This document shows positions 50,011 through 62,340 of a stretch of 64,000 bases of DNA, one piece after another. Made by a program: the position numbers and the translations under genes. Each line of letters begins with the position of its first letter. Positions within the stretch are counted from its first letter, which is position 1. The notes beneath the pieces were generated by a model, which made no database searches, was not told the DNA's origin, and was given only the letters and a program-made list of their open reading frames with translations. This DNA comes from Camelus dromedarius (taxonomy: Eukaryota), in contig NC_087454.1 of NCBI RefSeq assembly GCF_036321535.1, positions 14,632,001-14,696,000 on the forward strand, in the 5' to 3' direction.

Positions 50011-53000
50011 CGAAATGGGCTGCTATTTATCTAAGAGCCAGAAGAGTTTTCTGTCATTACTTGAGAGAAGGTTGGGGTACTGGGACCTCTTAGAAATTGC
50101 AGCATACTGTTTTAGAAGGAGCGATGTGATGAATATTGGCTGAAACTAGCAGGATTTTTCAATAGCTTGATTGCAACACTTTTTGCTTTGCGTCTGTAAG
50201 GCTACTATGCTATATTGGAAAAATCTTCTCCCCTTAACCATGAAATTAAAAATGGAACTGGGTTTGAGGTAGCTGCTACTCTTTCAGTGACTTGTGGGCA
50301 GTATATTTTGAGTAATTTGTTCCTTACAGCTGTTTCTGTGCTGACACCCGTCCTCTTTCCTCAGTCCTTTCTTCATTGCTTGGAGAGAAGCAGTGGGGGA
50401 TTTCCATTGACTCTTCTCTGCCCAGTTTTTGATGGACATACACTTTTTTTTTTAAAAAAAAGCTGGTATCTTATTCAGAGAAAATATAATACATATTTTG
50501 AACCTAGTGATAGATACACCAATTAAGGAACCTATAAATGAGGTTGAACTTTGGAGCCAAAATGATTGTCAGGGCTCGCCATCTTCATCGTGAACATCTT
50601 TGCCATTATAATCTCATTTGGCAAAAATGCCGTGACCCCCTTGGGAAATGCCTTGCCAAATTTTCATCCTTTATTCTGAATGGATGCCAGGCCCCACTGT
50701 TGTCTGAAAACTACTTCACATGCTTTCTTCATGCTCTATTCCCTTAACCTCAAGGATTCAGCGTGTGAACATTGAACAGCCAGAAACTGTAAATAGGAGA
50801 AGAGTGCTTTTTAAAAAAATTGCAGTCATTAAGGTATAATGCCATATGGGCCCAAGGGGTGGCAAAGAGGGTGAGCAGCTTCTAGTTCATTAAGGCTGAA
50901 ATATTTATATGAGCAGTAATAATAGCATCATATTTTAGAGTCTGTGTGGTGTGAAATTGAGCACTGATGCAGTTAGATAGTATTGACAGCCCCTATTGGA
51001 ACTAGGTAAATAGTACCAAGTTCAGGTCTCCCTTTTTTTTCCATTTCCACATACATGTGCAAGGAAAGGGCTAGAAAGCAAATGCTGGGCTGGAGTGCTG
51101 GGCTATTTATTTACCTGGCAGAGTAGCCTGAAGCTTACGTTACTCTGAGTAATTTTTTTCATCCAAATTAAGCACATCTGGTGGCTTGCACAGAAGGGAC
51201 ACACAAATATGTGTTTATTTGGAGGAATGCTTGGTGATAAAGCATACACTTAAACGCTGCCAACCCAGTAGGTCCATTTTGAGTTTTTCCATTTCAGAGC
51301 TGCGTGTTTGGATCCCACTTGACCAACACCTATGGTTTTCTTGTTACCTTTGGAATAGATCAGTTTAGATGGTTCTCCATAGGGATGTTTTTTATGCCCA
51401 GCTTCCTGTCAGTCTCTCCATGTCAGTGCAGAAGTATTTGATTAGTGTATTTAAAGTAATAAAGATATCAAGTCATGTCACCTTGATTAATGCTAATTAT
51501 TAGTCTTTAATGGTTCCTCTGCTTTGGCCACTATCCTTGCAGATTGTGATTTTTATGGTTAAAATAGTACCCTGCCATCCAATGGCTTAATCATAAATTC
51601 TGGTCTTTCTTTAATGATTCTGCATGCGGTGGTATAATCCCAGCAACATACATTATCTTCATTCGTTAAAAGCAAGCAGTGACTTTCATAGGGGCTGATT
51701 AATGCATTTATAAGGAGCTTGAAGATTCCTTGTTGGGATCACAGCAGAGGTTATGATGATTATGCTTGCTGGGCATTAGAATTAGGGCAGTGTTACGTAG
51801 GCTGCCTGAAAGTAATTGAAGATTTTCATGCAGTCCCTGTTTAGCACATTAATGTTGTAAATGAGACTGTAACTGCCATGGTAAAAAAGACTTAGATTTT
51901 GCAACCTCAAGATGCCATCAGTATGTGGTTGTCACACCAGTGAAACGAAGAGCGAGTTAAATGATCGGAAGGTTTTCCTTCTTTAGAACAACAGTCTCGT
52001 TGAACAGATTTGGGGTCACTCAGTTTGAAATATCCGTTGATTAAAATGTCTTTTCCACCAGGGTTTTTCAGGCTGAATTTTCACAGTGCTAATATATGTT
52101 TAGTCTTTAATCTCCTTACTCTCAAGCCTGGGGATAGAGTTTTAAATAAGAGAAAATGTGCCCAGTCCTCTACACATTTGCAAGACCTTCAAGATATGGA
52201 TAATTTGCTTATGTAAATATAAGCCTGTATGTACCACACAATAGTACTTCTCTGAAATGCCGTCTCTTACTGAGGAGAAGCTGAACGTAAATTAAAAGGA
52301 CGCTTTATATTTTATAAGAGCCGTTACTGTCATATCTTATAACAAGTAGCTCCTTGCACATAGTAGACATTTTAAAAGTGTTGTAATGGTGTTAATGAAG
52401 GTATTTACAACTTTTTAAAAGATTGTTTTTGAACTAGTATTACTGTATACCTGTTTCTTCTGTGTTTAATTTTACTATTTTCTATGCTCATAAATTAACC
52501 TAGATGGAACTTTAATCTACTATCTCAAATATGTGAAGTTTTGCTTTCTACTAATTTTATATTCAGTTCTAATGATAATCTTATAATAATCTCTACTAGA
52601 TCTGACCTCTTACATTTAGACAAAACTCCTTAATTCCTAGCAAGGAGAAAATATTTGAAGAAAATTGAACCATATTCATTTTTAAATAGAAAATGCCAAA
52701 TTGCATTATAGGAAGACAGTTATTCCCCGAGTGGTACCAGTTGAGAGGAAGAAACCCAGACCTCAGGGGCCAATCTTAGGAGAGTAGTTCTCTTATAACA
52801 TTATATATTTAACATTTATGGGAAGTGGTGATACTTAGAGTTTTGGATGATGATAAATTCTACCATATATATTTCTTTGGCTGGGCATTTGAGGATATAA
52901 GCCAAGCTATATAGTGTTTATTAGTAGGACCCTCAATTTGAAAGCATGATTTGGAGGCACTTTAACCTCTTCTTTGGGTTTTTACAATGATGACTCACTG

Positions 53001-54574
53001 CAGAGTCTTTTAATCTGGCCGTCCTACAGTTGGAGATGGTTGAAGTGTTAATTTTTATGTGTCCTAATGTGCTCTGTTAGATAACGGGTGAGCCAGTGCA
53101 CGTCTCTTTACTAGAGTGCTGATGTGGAAAAGATACAGGGGATAACCTCTCCCACAGGAAACCACTTTCTTTTGGAGCTTTGCAAATGTGAGTGGGCCAG
53201 GAAGGGATGTTAGAAAGCTTGATAGGGATAAGGAAGGCCAGGATTAATTGAATTAGTATTAATTGGGAGAAAAGCCTGGGATGGGAACTTAAGGGAGTAC
53301 TCTAGGTGATCTGTACAGTGATTAATTTACTGTGAAGTCAGTACCTATCCCCAATGTGTTTATCTACTTAGTCCCATAAATGTAGCATTCCCCTTAAATT
53401 GTGGATGGTGAGTCTCATTAGAATAAATAGAGACTCTTCTATGGGTGCCAAGAATCACTGGATGCCACAGAGGTCTAGTCTTTAGAATTACGTCATGTAT
53501 GATTCTGCAAAGAGAAATACAAACTGCTTGATCAGAGGAGGTGTTAGCCGTGTTGCTTAGTCTCTTACTGTGTGATTATTTTCTTTTGTTATTTTGATAA
53601 GTTAACATTGGCTCATGTATTCAATAGGAATATTTTTTAGTTTTTTTTTTTTTAAAGCCCCAAGGCTTCTGTTAAAAAATGCAAGTTAATTCTCAGGGGC
53701 TTTCAAAAGCATTTCTGCATCATGCTACTAATTAAGATAAGGTTATCATTTTAAGTTATACCAGGAATGCAATTAGAGCTTCTAGTGAGAACTGTAGCAA
53801 TCAATTTTATACAAATTATTCAGACCTGGTAAGGTAGAATACAGTTTTAATAGGACAAGTGAACGTACTGTGATTTATTAGATATCATGTGAATTCAAAT
53901 GGCACCTGAACACGGCATCTGTAACCCATCGTGTGCCCAAGTCACTGGGAATTCAGTTCAACAGCCTTTCATGAGAAGAGATTTAATAATATGCCTTCCA
54001 CTCTCTGTTGTTCAGTGCCCATTATTTTGGATTTGAGAGAGATTTTTGTTTTTGGATTTGAATGGTTTTAGACATGAGAAAGTCAGCTGTGGATTACAAA
54101 GCATGTATTACCTAGCCCTCTTGTTTGTCTGAACTGACGGGGGCTGCAGAGAAGTCTGCTGGCCCCACTTGCTTGCTTTTTACTTTTGTGTGGTCTGCAG
54201 AGCCAGGTGACCGGCTGACAGTGTAATTAATTTTTCTGTGCTATCCGTCTCTGCTGCAGAGTATTGGGTGTTGGATAAGAAAGTTACATGTCTTACCCTG
54301 CCAGTGGTCAGTAATTGCTTATTTATTAAACGGATACCTGTCTTCTCAGGATGTATGAGGATGGCAGCGTTGAATAGCTCCTGAGAAGGTTGTGTATCTT
54401 TTCTTCCTAAGATCACTGCAGGTCATTCAGAGCTCTGCATTAGGACGTATATGTTTTAAGGACACCTTAAAAATACTCACAACATCTTTTCCTTTTCCAT
54501 GGTTAGCTTTTATTCTCATTTGACATGTCAGCTGTTCTACGTTTCGCTGTGTGCTCAGTTACTCAAATGGCAGT

Positions 54575-54680
54575 CATTCATTCAGTTTGCATTTATTGAG
54601 CATCTATTGTATTCCGTGTGTTGTGCTAAGTATTTAGCATATTGTGATGAAGAAAAGATAGTGCACTAGTGTCTATAACA
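54575..54680 (-). mobile_element. LINE-2 3' end
   Basis: 'cattcattcagtttgcatttattgagcatctattgtattccgtgtgttgtgctaag'. Confidence 0.75.
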
Positions 54681-54861
54681 TGAGCCTACCTTTCCCACCT
54701 CTACAGTTAACCATATAACATCCTCTCTCCTTTCCTTACAATTTACAGAGAACATAAATGCCATCTAGTCCAATCTCCTCCATCTTCTCTCTCCTCCATA
54801 TCTACTGTTATCTACAGCTGAAAGGTTTTTTCTTTCTGTTCAATCACGCAGAGAATGTCTA

Positions 54862-54903
54862 ATATATATATATATCTGTGTGTGTATGTGTGTGCGTATA
54901 TAT
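54862..54903. repeat. Compound (AT)n/(TG)n microsatellite
   Basis: 'atatatatatatatctgtgtgtgtatgtgtgtgcgtatatat'. Confidence 0.85.
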
Positions 54904-56164
54904 TTTTGCTTTCTTACCTTGTCACCAACAACTCAGGTTTGTTATGAGTCTCCTTATGGTCTGAAACTGATTTTATTTGTTTTGGCCACCCTCCTGTGTT
55001 ATTTTCTTTTGTAAAAGAATGGAAGCTAGTTACATGAATGCTTTAAGGCTAGGAGCTAGATTTTCTCTTTTCCTGGAAGGATTTTTAGGCTCTAACCATT
55101 GTTTCTGGAGAACGTTAGCATATAGGGACTTCTCAACCTGTCTGACCATGTCCGTGAAACTCCTGCATATCCGAGGTTACTGAATATCACATGTCATAAT
55201 TTAAAGTATGCTTTATGATCATTAATACTCTCCTTTGCAAGGGCTGATTGGCAAATTTAAGACATAATGGGCATAAACTGTGGGGGCACACTTTTTAGCA
55301 TTGCTTCATTACAGGACAAATTGATCAGAGGCCCCCTGCTAGTATCCTGAAAACTAGGCGTGTCCTTTGGATACAGACTACCAATCCCTGTGTTCTCCTC
55401 GGACTGTTGTCTCTGGCGTTTGGTACCTCTTGGGTTTCTGCTCACAGTTCTCCCTTGAACTTTCAGTAGCTTATCTTCTCTGCCTTCATCATGCTGCCAG
55501 TTAGATTACACACAGAACCAGCCCCCTGCTTGCTGCCTTCCAGAACAGGCCCTGTGTACATGTTACCCATTTTTTCTGCTCAGTCCTGGTTCACCAGTGA
55601 CAATCCAGATAGAAGCTTGCTGTTCTAAGCAATATTTGTGCAAGAGTATTTTCTTTTGGGTCTTTGTTCATATGTATCAGTTCAAAGATCCCTTAGTAGT
55701 TCTCTGAAGACATTTAAACAATTTTGTGAATATATGGGCATAATGAGAAAGTACACCCTAGTAACTTGGATACAAGATTGGATGTTAAGAGTTAAATTGG
55801 GTAAATCCCCCACCAAATGGTATGATTTATTATAAGTAACAGTTAACCCAGAATTTTCTATAAATACATGACTTAAGATGTTACAAAGCCCCTAGATTCT
55901 AACCAAGGTGGACTCTAGAAAAATTTGCTAATCAGAAGCATAATCAGAGTACTGTATCCTCCTTTGAAAAAGGCTGTGTAAACATAACCGAGTTAGTGAC
56001 TAAGAAAGGGTAGAAAAGGAAAGTCACAGAAGCAAATGTTGATGCCTATTTAAGTGTAGTCTGGTGGAGAGGAATTCCGGATAAAGGACTTGAACATTCT
56101 CAGAATAACTGAATAACTGAGCATGAATTATGGGCTAAAAGCTTTCTCGTCACTGTTCTCATGA

Positions 56165-56345
56165 ATCTTCAGAAGGTCTTTTGAGCGACCCTTTTCCTTT
56201 GAGGTATCTGCATTTTACAGATCAGGACAATAAAGCTCAGGCAGGTTCAGGGATTAGCAGTTGGCTTCTTACCAACAATTCAGGTCTAGAACTGGGAGTT
56301 GAACTCAGATTCAGGGGCTCCAAGGCCCATTTTCACCAGCTGTGC
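56165..56345 (-). mobile_element. MIR SINE
   Basis: 'gcattttacagatcaggacaataaagctcagg...ctagaactgggagttgaactcagattcaggggctccaaggccc'. Confidence 0.75.
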
Positions 56346-56399
56346 TATGTGACTTTCTTGGACCAAGGTTATTTCCCACAAACAAAAGAAACATCTTAA

Positions 56400-56560
56400 G
56401 ATCTTCTAAATACACAACACAATCATGTAGCCATCAAGACCATCAAGTTATAAAATTCCTTACTTCCCTACCCCTCAAAATCCTTCATGCCAGTTTGAAA
56501 ACACTCGCTACTCCTGCCACAAGGTCCTGGCAGCCATTGGTCTGTTTTCTGGTCCCATCC
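56400..56560 (-). mobile_element. Old L1 3' UTR fragment
   Basis: 'catgtagccatcaagaccatcaagttataaaattcc...cccctcaaaatccttcatgcc...ggcagccattggtctgttttctg'. Confidence 0.5.
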
Positions 56561-57039
56561 ACATTTCTAGCTGAGATCCACCAACCTGTAGCTAGCTATA
56601 GCTTGTCTGGGATAAAATATAGGGAATTGTTCAGATTGACGGGAACATCTGGTTGAAGTGACAGTTTCATGTCTCATTGTAAATTAATAGATTGTCATTC
56701 TGATTAGAATTTGGCTTCCTATTATTGCTTGCTTAGTAAGAGAGAATTCATTGACGTGCTATGTACAGGCATGTGTTTGCTTGAAATTACTCTTTTTTGA
56801 TAGAATAATAAAATGACATATGTATGTTTCTGTATTTGTGGGAGTGATAAATACAAGTCTGGATCTAAAAATATTCATACATCAAGTTAAGATGCCTGGT
56901 ACATGCCAACATCTTCTTTAAATATGACTCAGCTTTATATTGGGAAAAAAAAGATTATATTGGTTACTAAAAGCAGAATTGTTTTGAGACACATCCAAAA
57001 TCATATTGAGTTGCAGAGGGCTTTTAGTTTCAGCATGTG

Positions 57040-57330
57040 TCTTGAGCACAGTTCATTCATCCAACAGCTATATATTGAGCATCTTTACCAGGACAGAAGC
57101 TGGATAAAAAGGTGGGGTATCGGGTGGAGGGTAGAACCTTCTCGGTCAAAAGGAAGACATGTGTGAAGAATGTGAAGTGAGGAGAACTTGGTGTACTGAA
57201 TTATGGAAGGAGGCAGAGATAGTCAAAGGAGGACGAGGAAGCTGACTCGAGGATGGTAGGAGAGCAGCCTGGAGAAGCAGGCAGGACCCAGGTCTGGTGC
57301 TGGTTTCCGTGGCGTGGATTACGTAGAGCA
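57040..57330 (-). mobile_element. LINE-2 3' fragment
   Basis: 'ttcattcatccaacagctatatattgagcatc' followed by purine-rich L2-like sequence. Confidence 0.6.
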
Positions 57331-57933
57331 TCATTTCAGCCTCTGGCTCTGCCTGAGGACACATGACTATTTGTCTCACATCTGTCTGCTGAAGAATTCA
57401 CACTGTCCGTCCGTGTGCCCTTTTCTCTCATGTATACTCATCTCCTCCGTCTCAACTGGATCCTTTCTACTGACATTAAAGCTTGGTAAAAGCTCTCTCA
57501 TCTTACACACACACAACCCTTCCTTGACTCCACATACCCCCGCAAGTACTGTTTTCTCCCCTCCCCTTTATGGCCAGATTTGTTGAAAGTGTTCCTGTCT
57601 TCATTTACTTACTTTTCATTCACCCCTCCCTAGCTTCCATCTTCCTCACTGTGTCAGAACAGCTTTACGATGACCTTCGGTTCTCCATCCCGTGGTCCTC
57701 CTCTTAGTAAACTTCCTAATAGCATTAAAAGAATACGTTCTCTTTTGAACACTAACTCCTCTGGGCTTCCAGGGTGTTTCAGTCTCCTCTTTTTCTTAAT
57801 ATTTCTCGCGGTACCTTCTCAATCAGCTCTGCAGTTAATGAGTTACTCAGTCTTAGTGCTCTCAAAGTCCCTTTTCTGTTTTACTCCTACTCTCTCCAAA
57901 GTTAGTCTCACTCCCTTCCTTGGCTTATTATGA

Positions 57934-58155
57934 GAGGCGGTAGCCTCGTGTGATAGGTAAGAAGCACAAGCAGCAGGGACAGTGCCTGGGTTTATATCCC
58001 GACTGTGTGATTGAGGCAAGCACCTTAATCTCTAATAGCTTCATTCTGTGTTAAATAAGGTAATGATCATATCTTCCTCATCTAGTTGTAGTGAGGATAA
58101 CATGAGTTCATATATGTAAAATGCTTAAAGCAGTGTCTGACAAATGGCAGGATTA
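57934..58155 (+). mobile_element. MIR SINE inserted in L2
   Basis: 'gtagcctcgtgtgataggtaagaagcac...cctgggtttatatcccgac...gaggcaagcaccttaatctct...gttgtagtgaggataacatgag...gtaaaatgcttaaagcagtgtctgac'. Confidence 0.8.
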
Positions 58156-59054
58156 GCTGTAGTTCTAATTTGTGAAGGAAACTTAAATTTATATTATCTG
58201 CATATGCGGGTATTCAGTTGCCTATAAACATCTCCACTCGCAGCTTTAAAGACACATCAAACTCAATGCCTCCAAGATCAAGTGCATAGGATTCTGGTGC
58301 TTCATCCCCAGAAAAAAAAATGTGTGGTCACATCTAGTGTTTCCTGCCTCAGTAAGTAGCTCAACCATCCTCTTGTTTTACACAAGCTGGAAAAATAGAT
58401 CCCATTCCCCGTGACTCTTTCTTCTCACTTCCAGCTTGTCACCAAGCCCTGTCAACTTGACCCACTAAGTTTCTATTAAAAGCTTCCATTTTTCAGCGTT
58501 TCCACTGCCACCAACCCATCTAGAGACATAATCGCTCTCATCTTAAGTACTATAAAAAGAGGCCTCTCTGTTTTCACTCTATCTGCTCATCACTTACAGC
58601 AAATTCTCTACCCTCTTGCCAGAGTTCTCATTTCAAAAGGCCAACCTGATGATCCTGCTTTGTTTCAAACTTTTCCATGGCTTTTCCATTGCTCTCAAGA
58701 TGATGACCAATGTTCTACTCATGGTCTACCCGTCCCAGCCTCTGAGGACTCTCTAGCCCATCACCCATCCAGCCTCCTGCTGCTCCCTGTGGTCCAACCA
58801 CGCCCATTCACTTTCAGCTGCTTGTATACACCCTGCTCTCCCCTGCCAGACCCTTCTGTGCATGCACTTCCCCATGCTGGAGGCCTCTCCCCACTCCTAC
58901 CTCACTAATGAAGTCTTACGCATCCATTAGATTTCAATTCAAACATCATTTTTCAGGAAAGCCTTCCTTGACCTACGCCATAGGTAACTATGTTATAAGC
59001 TCCCACACATTCTTCTTTCAGAGTATGTGCCTCAGTTTTTCATTGTAGTTGAAT

Positions 59055-59580
59055 GTTGGGGGTTCCCAAGACCACTCTTGGGCCCATTGGTTTGCCATAA
59101 GGACTCAAAGAAACTCTTACGCTCATGGTTACAGTTAATTACAGTGAAAGGATACAGATTAAAATTGGCAGAGGGAAAAGGTGCATATGTGGAGGCCAAG
59201 AGAGACCAGATATGGGCTTCCAGTTGTCCCCTCTCACTGGAGGCACAGGTGCAGAGCTTACCTCTCCGCTGTAATGTATGACAGCATTTGCCAAGTATTG
59301 CCAGCCAGGGCAGCTCACTTGAGCCTTGGTGTCCAGGGCTTCTATTGGGGATCAGTTATATAGACAGGCAGGTCCCTAGCTGCTCAAGTCTGCAGCATCC
59401 CCAGAGGTCAGATTTGATACAGTGTGGCCCAAAGCCTCGGGCATACAGGCAGTTGTACCTGGTAGAGATACTCCAAGGACTAGGAGGCTGTTTCCCAGGT
59501 GCCAAGCCGAGGATACACTCCTGAAGATGGGAGTGTGCAGGGTTTAAGCAGCCCAGGCCTCCTAGTTTTCCCTTTCCTGC
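59055..59580. mobile_element. MER21-like ERVL-class solo LTR
   Basis: 'gggggttcccaagaccac', 'tacagtgaaaggatacaga', 'gggaaaaggtgcat', 'ccagggcagctcacttgagccttggtgtccagggcttctattgggg' match MER21C as recalled. Confidence 0.75.
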
Positions 59581-60409
59581 ATGATTCCAGCAGTGCTGAT
59601 ATCTGATTAATGTCTATCTTCCTAACAGACTACATGAGAGCAAAGTCTGTAACTGTTTTCACTCAGCATAATATACCCAGCTTTTATCATGGCTTCTGAC
59701 TGATAGCAGATGCTGTATAAATATTTGTTGAATGAATGAATACAATCTACTTCTTACTGCCTTTCTTTCTTTTCAGTCCATACTGTGCTCTGTATCTTTC
59801 TATCTCAATGTTTTCATGTCCTTTTTCTTTATTATGGAGTCTTGTCATGCGTTTTATGCCTTAAGTTATTTCGTGCTGATGAAAGATATGTAGTGAGCAC
59901 CTAACATATTTACTATATACCTTTAACCTTCAATTGTATTCCTCTACTTCCAAGTGCTACTGGCCTGTATTTTAAAAACAATTTTCAAAGGGCAAATGTT
60001 TTTCACATTTATCCCTGAAATACATGTAGTCAGTATATTGGATTGTGTGATACCCACTTACATCATCAGAGTTATCTCTAGGAGAGTGAGGTATTGATCC
60101 AGCATTTGCCTTAAGAATTTCAGTAACCAAGTCATGCTCAAATTGAAGCCAACGACTGCATTGAATTCTGTCCTGGCTGAATCAGAAATAAAGGGGGAAA
60201 CTTCCTTGGAATAAGGACGTGTGTCCCCATTGTCTCTGTGAGATGGAATAGAGAGAATGTCCTCCTGATGATCATCAGCATTTTCATCTTCATGGTCCAT
60301 GAGACATCCAAGGGCTTTGTTGCACTTAGTCCTTTTGCTGGGCCAGGAGTTGAAAGGTGGCAAGTCCACTTTGGCCAATGAATTTGAATAAATCTCCTTT
60401 CAGATTTTC

Positions 60410-61018
60410 TTTATTATGGTAGTACTGGATTTATAGCCCAAAGTATAAAATAAATATCCATGAATCTATACGGATATAAAAGAGTTGCATAAATAAATGA
60501 ATGGGAGAGAAGAGACAAGTTTTCCCCTGCAGGACGATTCCGAGTAATTTGTGTAGCTATTCTGCCCACAAGTAGGTGGGATGTAACTTCCCACACTCCA
60601 GGGTGGACTGCACTTAGGTCCCTCCAAAGAGCGCAGTGTGGGGAATTGGGTGGGGTGCGGGAGGAAGAGTAGTTTTCCAGGAGAGGAGTGCCAAGCACTA
60701 GTACAGCCCAGTGATCAAGGTCAAACTGTCAAGGTCGTCAAAATCAAGGGGAGTCTGAGAAACTGGTATCCTAGAGGTGCTGAAGGGCACATGACAAATA
60801 AATGTTAGAGGGTATCCTTGATGGAATTCTTGAACAGAAAAAAGGACGTTAGGTAAAAACTAAGGAACTCTGAATAAAGTATGGACTTTAGTTAATACTG
60901 TATCAATTTTTCATTGTGACCAATATAAGATGTTAATAAGAAGGAATACTGGGAACCCTCTGCACTGTTTTTTACATTTACCCATATTCAAAGCTATTCT
61001 AAAAATTTTTTAAAAGAT
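60410..61018 (+). mobile_element. Old LINE-1 3' UTR (same group as 14087-14710, opposite strand)
   Basis: 'cataaataaatgaatgggagagaagagac', 'gtgatcaaggtc', 'gtctgagaaactg', 'gaacagaaaaaaggacgttaggtaaaaactaaggaactctgaataaagtatggactttagttaat'. Confidence 0.88.
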
Positions 61019-62134
61019 AGAAAATTCTATTTTGTGATAGTGTTTCAATTCAATCTCAGTGCTTTTCAATGAAATTAACAGTTTTGTGTTTGATGAGGCG
61101 TTACTTCAAGTTGACTGGAGTTACTCAGATTTTTTTTTTTAACGTGATTGTCATAAGATTGATTTTTCTATAACAGACAAATCATTACATCATTGTTGAA
61201 CTTTTGGAAAATGAATTCCATCCTTTGTGACTATGAATTTCTTAAGATTCTTTTAGAAATTGGAAAGAGTCAAAGATGTTATGTGTTGGAGTATATCCAG
61301 TTTAGGACAGAACCATTAAATTAGCTAAATGCATTGGCATAAAATCAGAAACAGTATTTTTGAGAGTAGGAGTCCAGACAATTTGTCTGTAAGATAGACT
61401 TTACAAACTTAGTTTGATTGATTTTTTTGTTTTTCTGAGGATATGATTCTTTTCTGTAATTATGGTTCTGTTTCCCCTGGCAGGCTGTCCAGTCCTGGCC
61501 TCTTTAAGCTCCCTGTGAATTGAATTATTCTCAATAATACTCTGTATTATGAAGGCATGATTTGAGTGGCTGTCCACTGTGATCTGGTTATTTGGAGCTT
61601 TACATAAAGCAGGTGGTTCTTCCATCTCATCTGCATTTCTTATTATCCAGAATTCACCGTCTGTCAGTGGCTCCTCATACTTAGTCCATTGCATCTGTGG
61701 CTCTATCCTGTAGGTGGTCCCATTTTGTTGGGCTTCCTGTTTACATCTTGGTCATTTCTCTTAGCTACTCCAAGTTCCCTTGTTTTCAGACTATAACAGG
61801 GCTCATATTACATGGCTATGTGTTTACCCACACTCTGATTAATTCCCCCAAAGACTTTGCAGCAGCTAATTTTATTTGTTTGGCTCTGAGAGGATCCAGG
61901 CCACTCTGATTCCAATCAGATGGCGTTTACTTTCAGTGGGCACAAGACTGAAGCCTGTAACCAAACAGCAAGCCACGTCTGATCTGCAGTCCTGCTGTCT
62001 GATCTCAGTGGTGCCATCTTAATGACCCAGATGCCTGGGGTTTGATCCTGTTTGCCTGGACTTCCCTATTGGTCTTTTTTTGATTTAGATAATGCTTTGA
62101 ACTTGACCTTTTATAATAATGAAACTGATCTCAA

Positions 62135-62340
62135 GAGCACAAGCTATGGAGTCAAATAGAAGAAGGTGTGAATTCTGCCTCAAAGGTTTGTTAGCTCTTT
62201 GATCTTGAGAAAGTTGCTCCATCTCCAAAAGTCTCAGTTTCCTCATCTGTAAAATGAGAATAATAATAAGATTTGGAGAGCTGTTTTAAAAATTAGATTA
62301 AATGGTTCTAAAGCTCTTGTAGAAAGCCTGATTCTGTGTC
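62135..62340 (+). mobile_element. MIR SINE
   Basis: Core 'tctcagtttcctcatctgtaaaatgagaataataat'. Confidence 0.85.

Larger units (their letters stand above)
57400..59742 (+). mobile_element. Long LINE-2, interrupted by MIR (57934-58155) and a MER21-like LTR (59055-59580)
   Basis: Pyrimidine-rich L2 body ('catctccactcgcagctttaaagacacatcaaactcaa', 'tccactgccaccaacc', 'caggaaagccttccttgacc'), ending in the L2 tail 'aaatatttgttgaatgaatgaat'. Confidence 0.85.

Noticed and set aside
18179-53495. Three TGACGTAA CRE-like octamers (18179, 24543, 53488 reverse)
   Set aside because: Three hits in 64 kb is only modestly above rough expectation, and they are not clustered.
54144-54261. CTGCAGAG three times at 51- and 59-bp spacing
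   Set aside because: Short motif, irregular spacing and unrelated spacers; not a tandem or CRISPR-like array.
60265-60278. Perfect 14-bp palindrome CTGATGATCATCAG, with box C/D-like words
   Set aside because: Several palindromes of this length are expected by chance in 64 kb, and there is no C/D snoRNA spacing.
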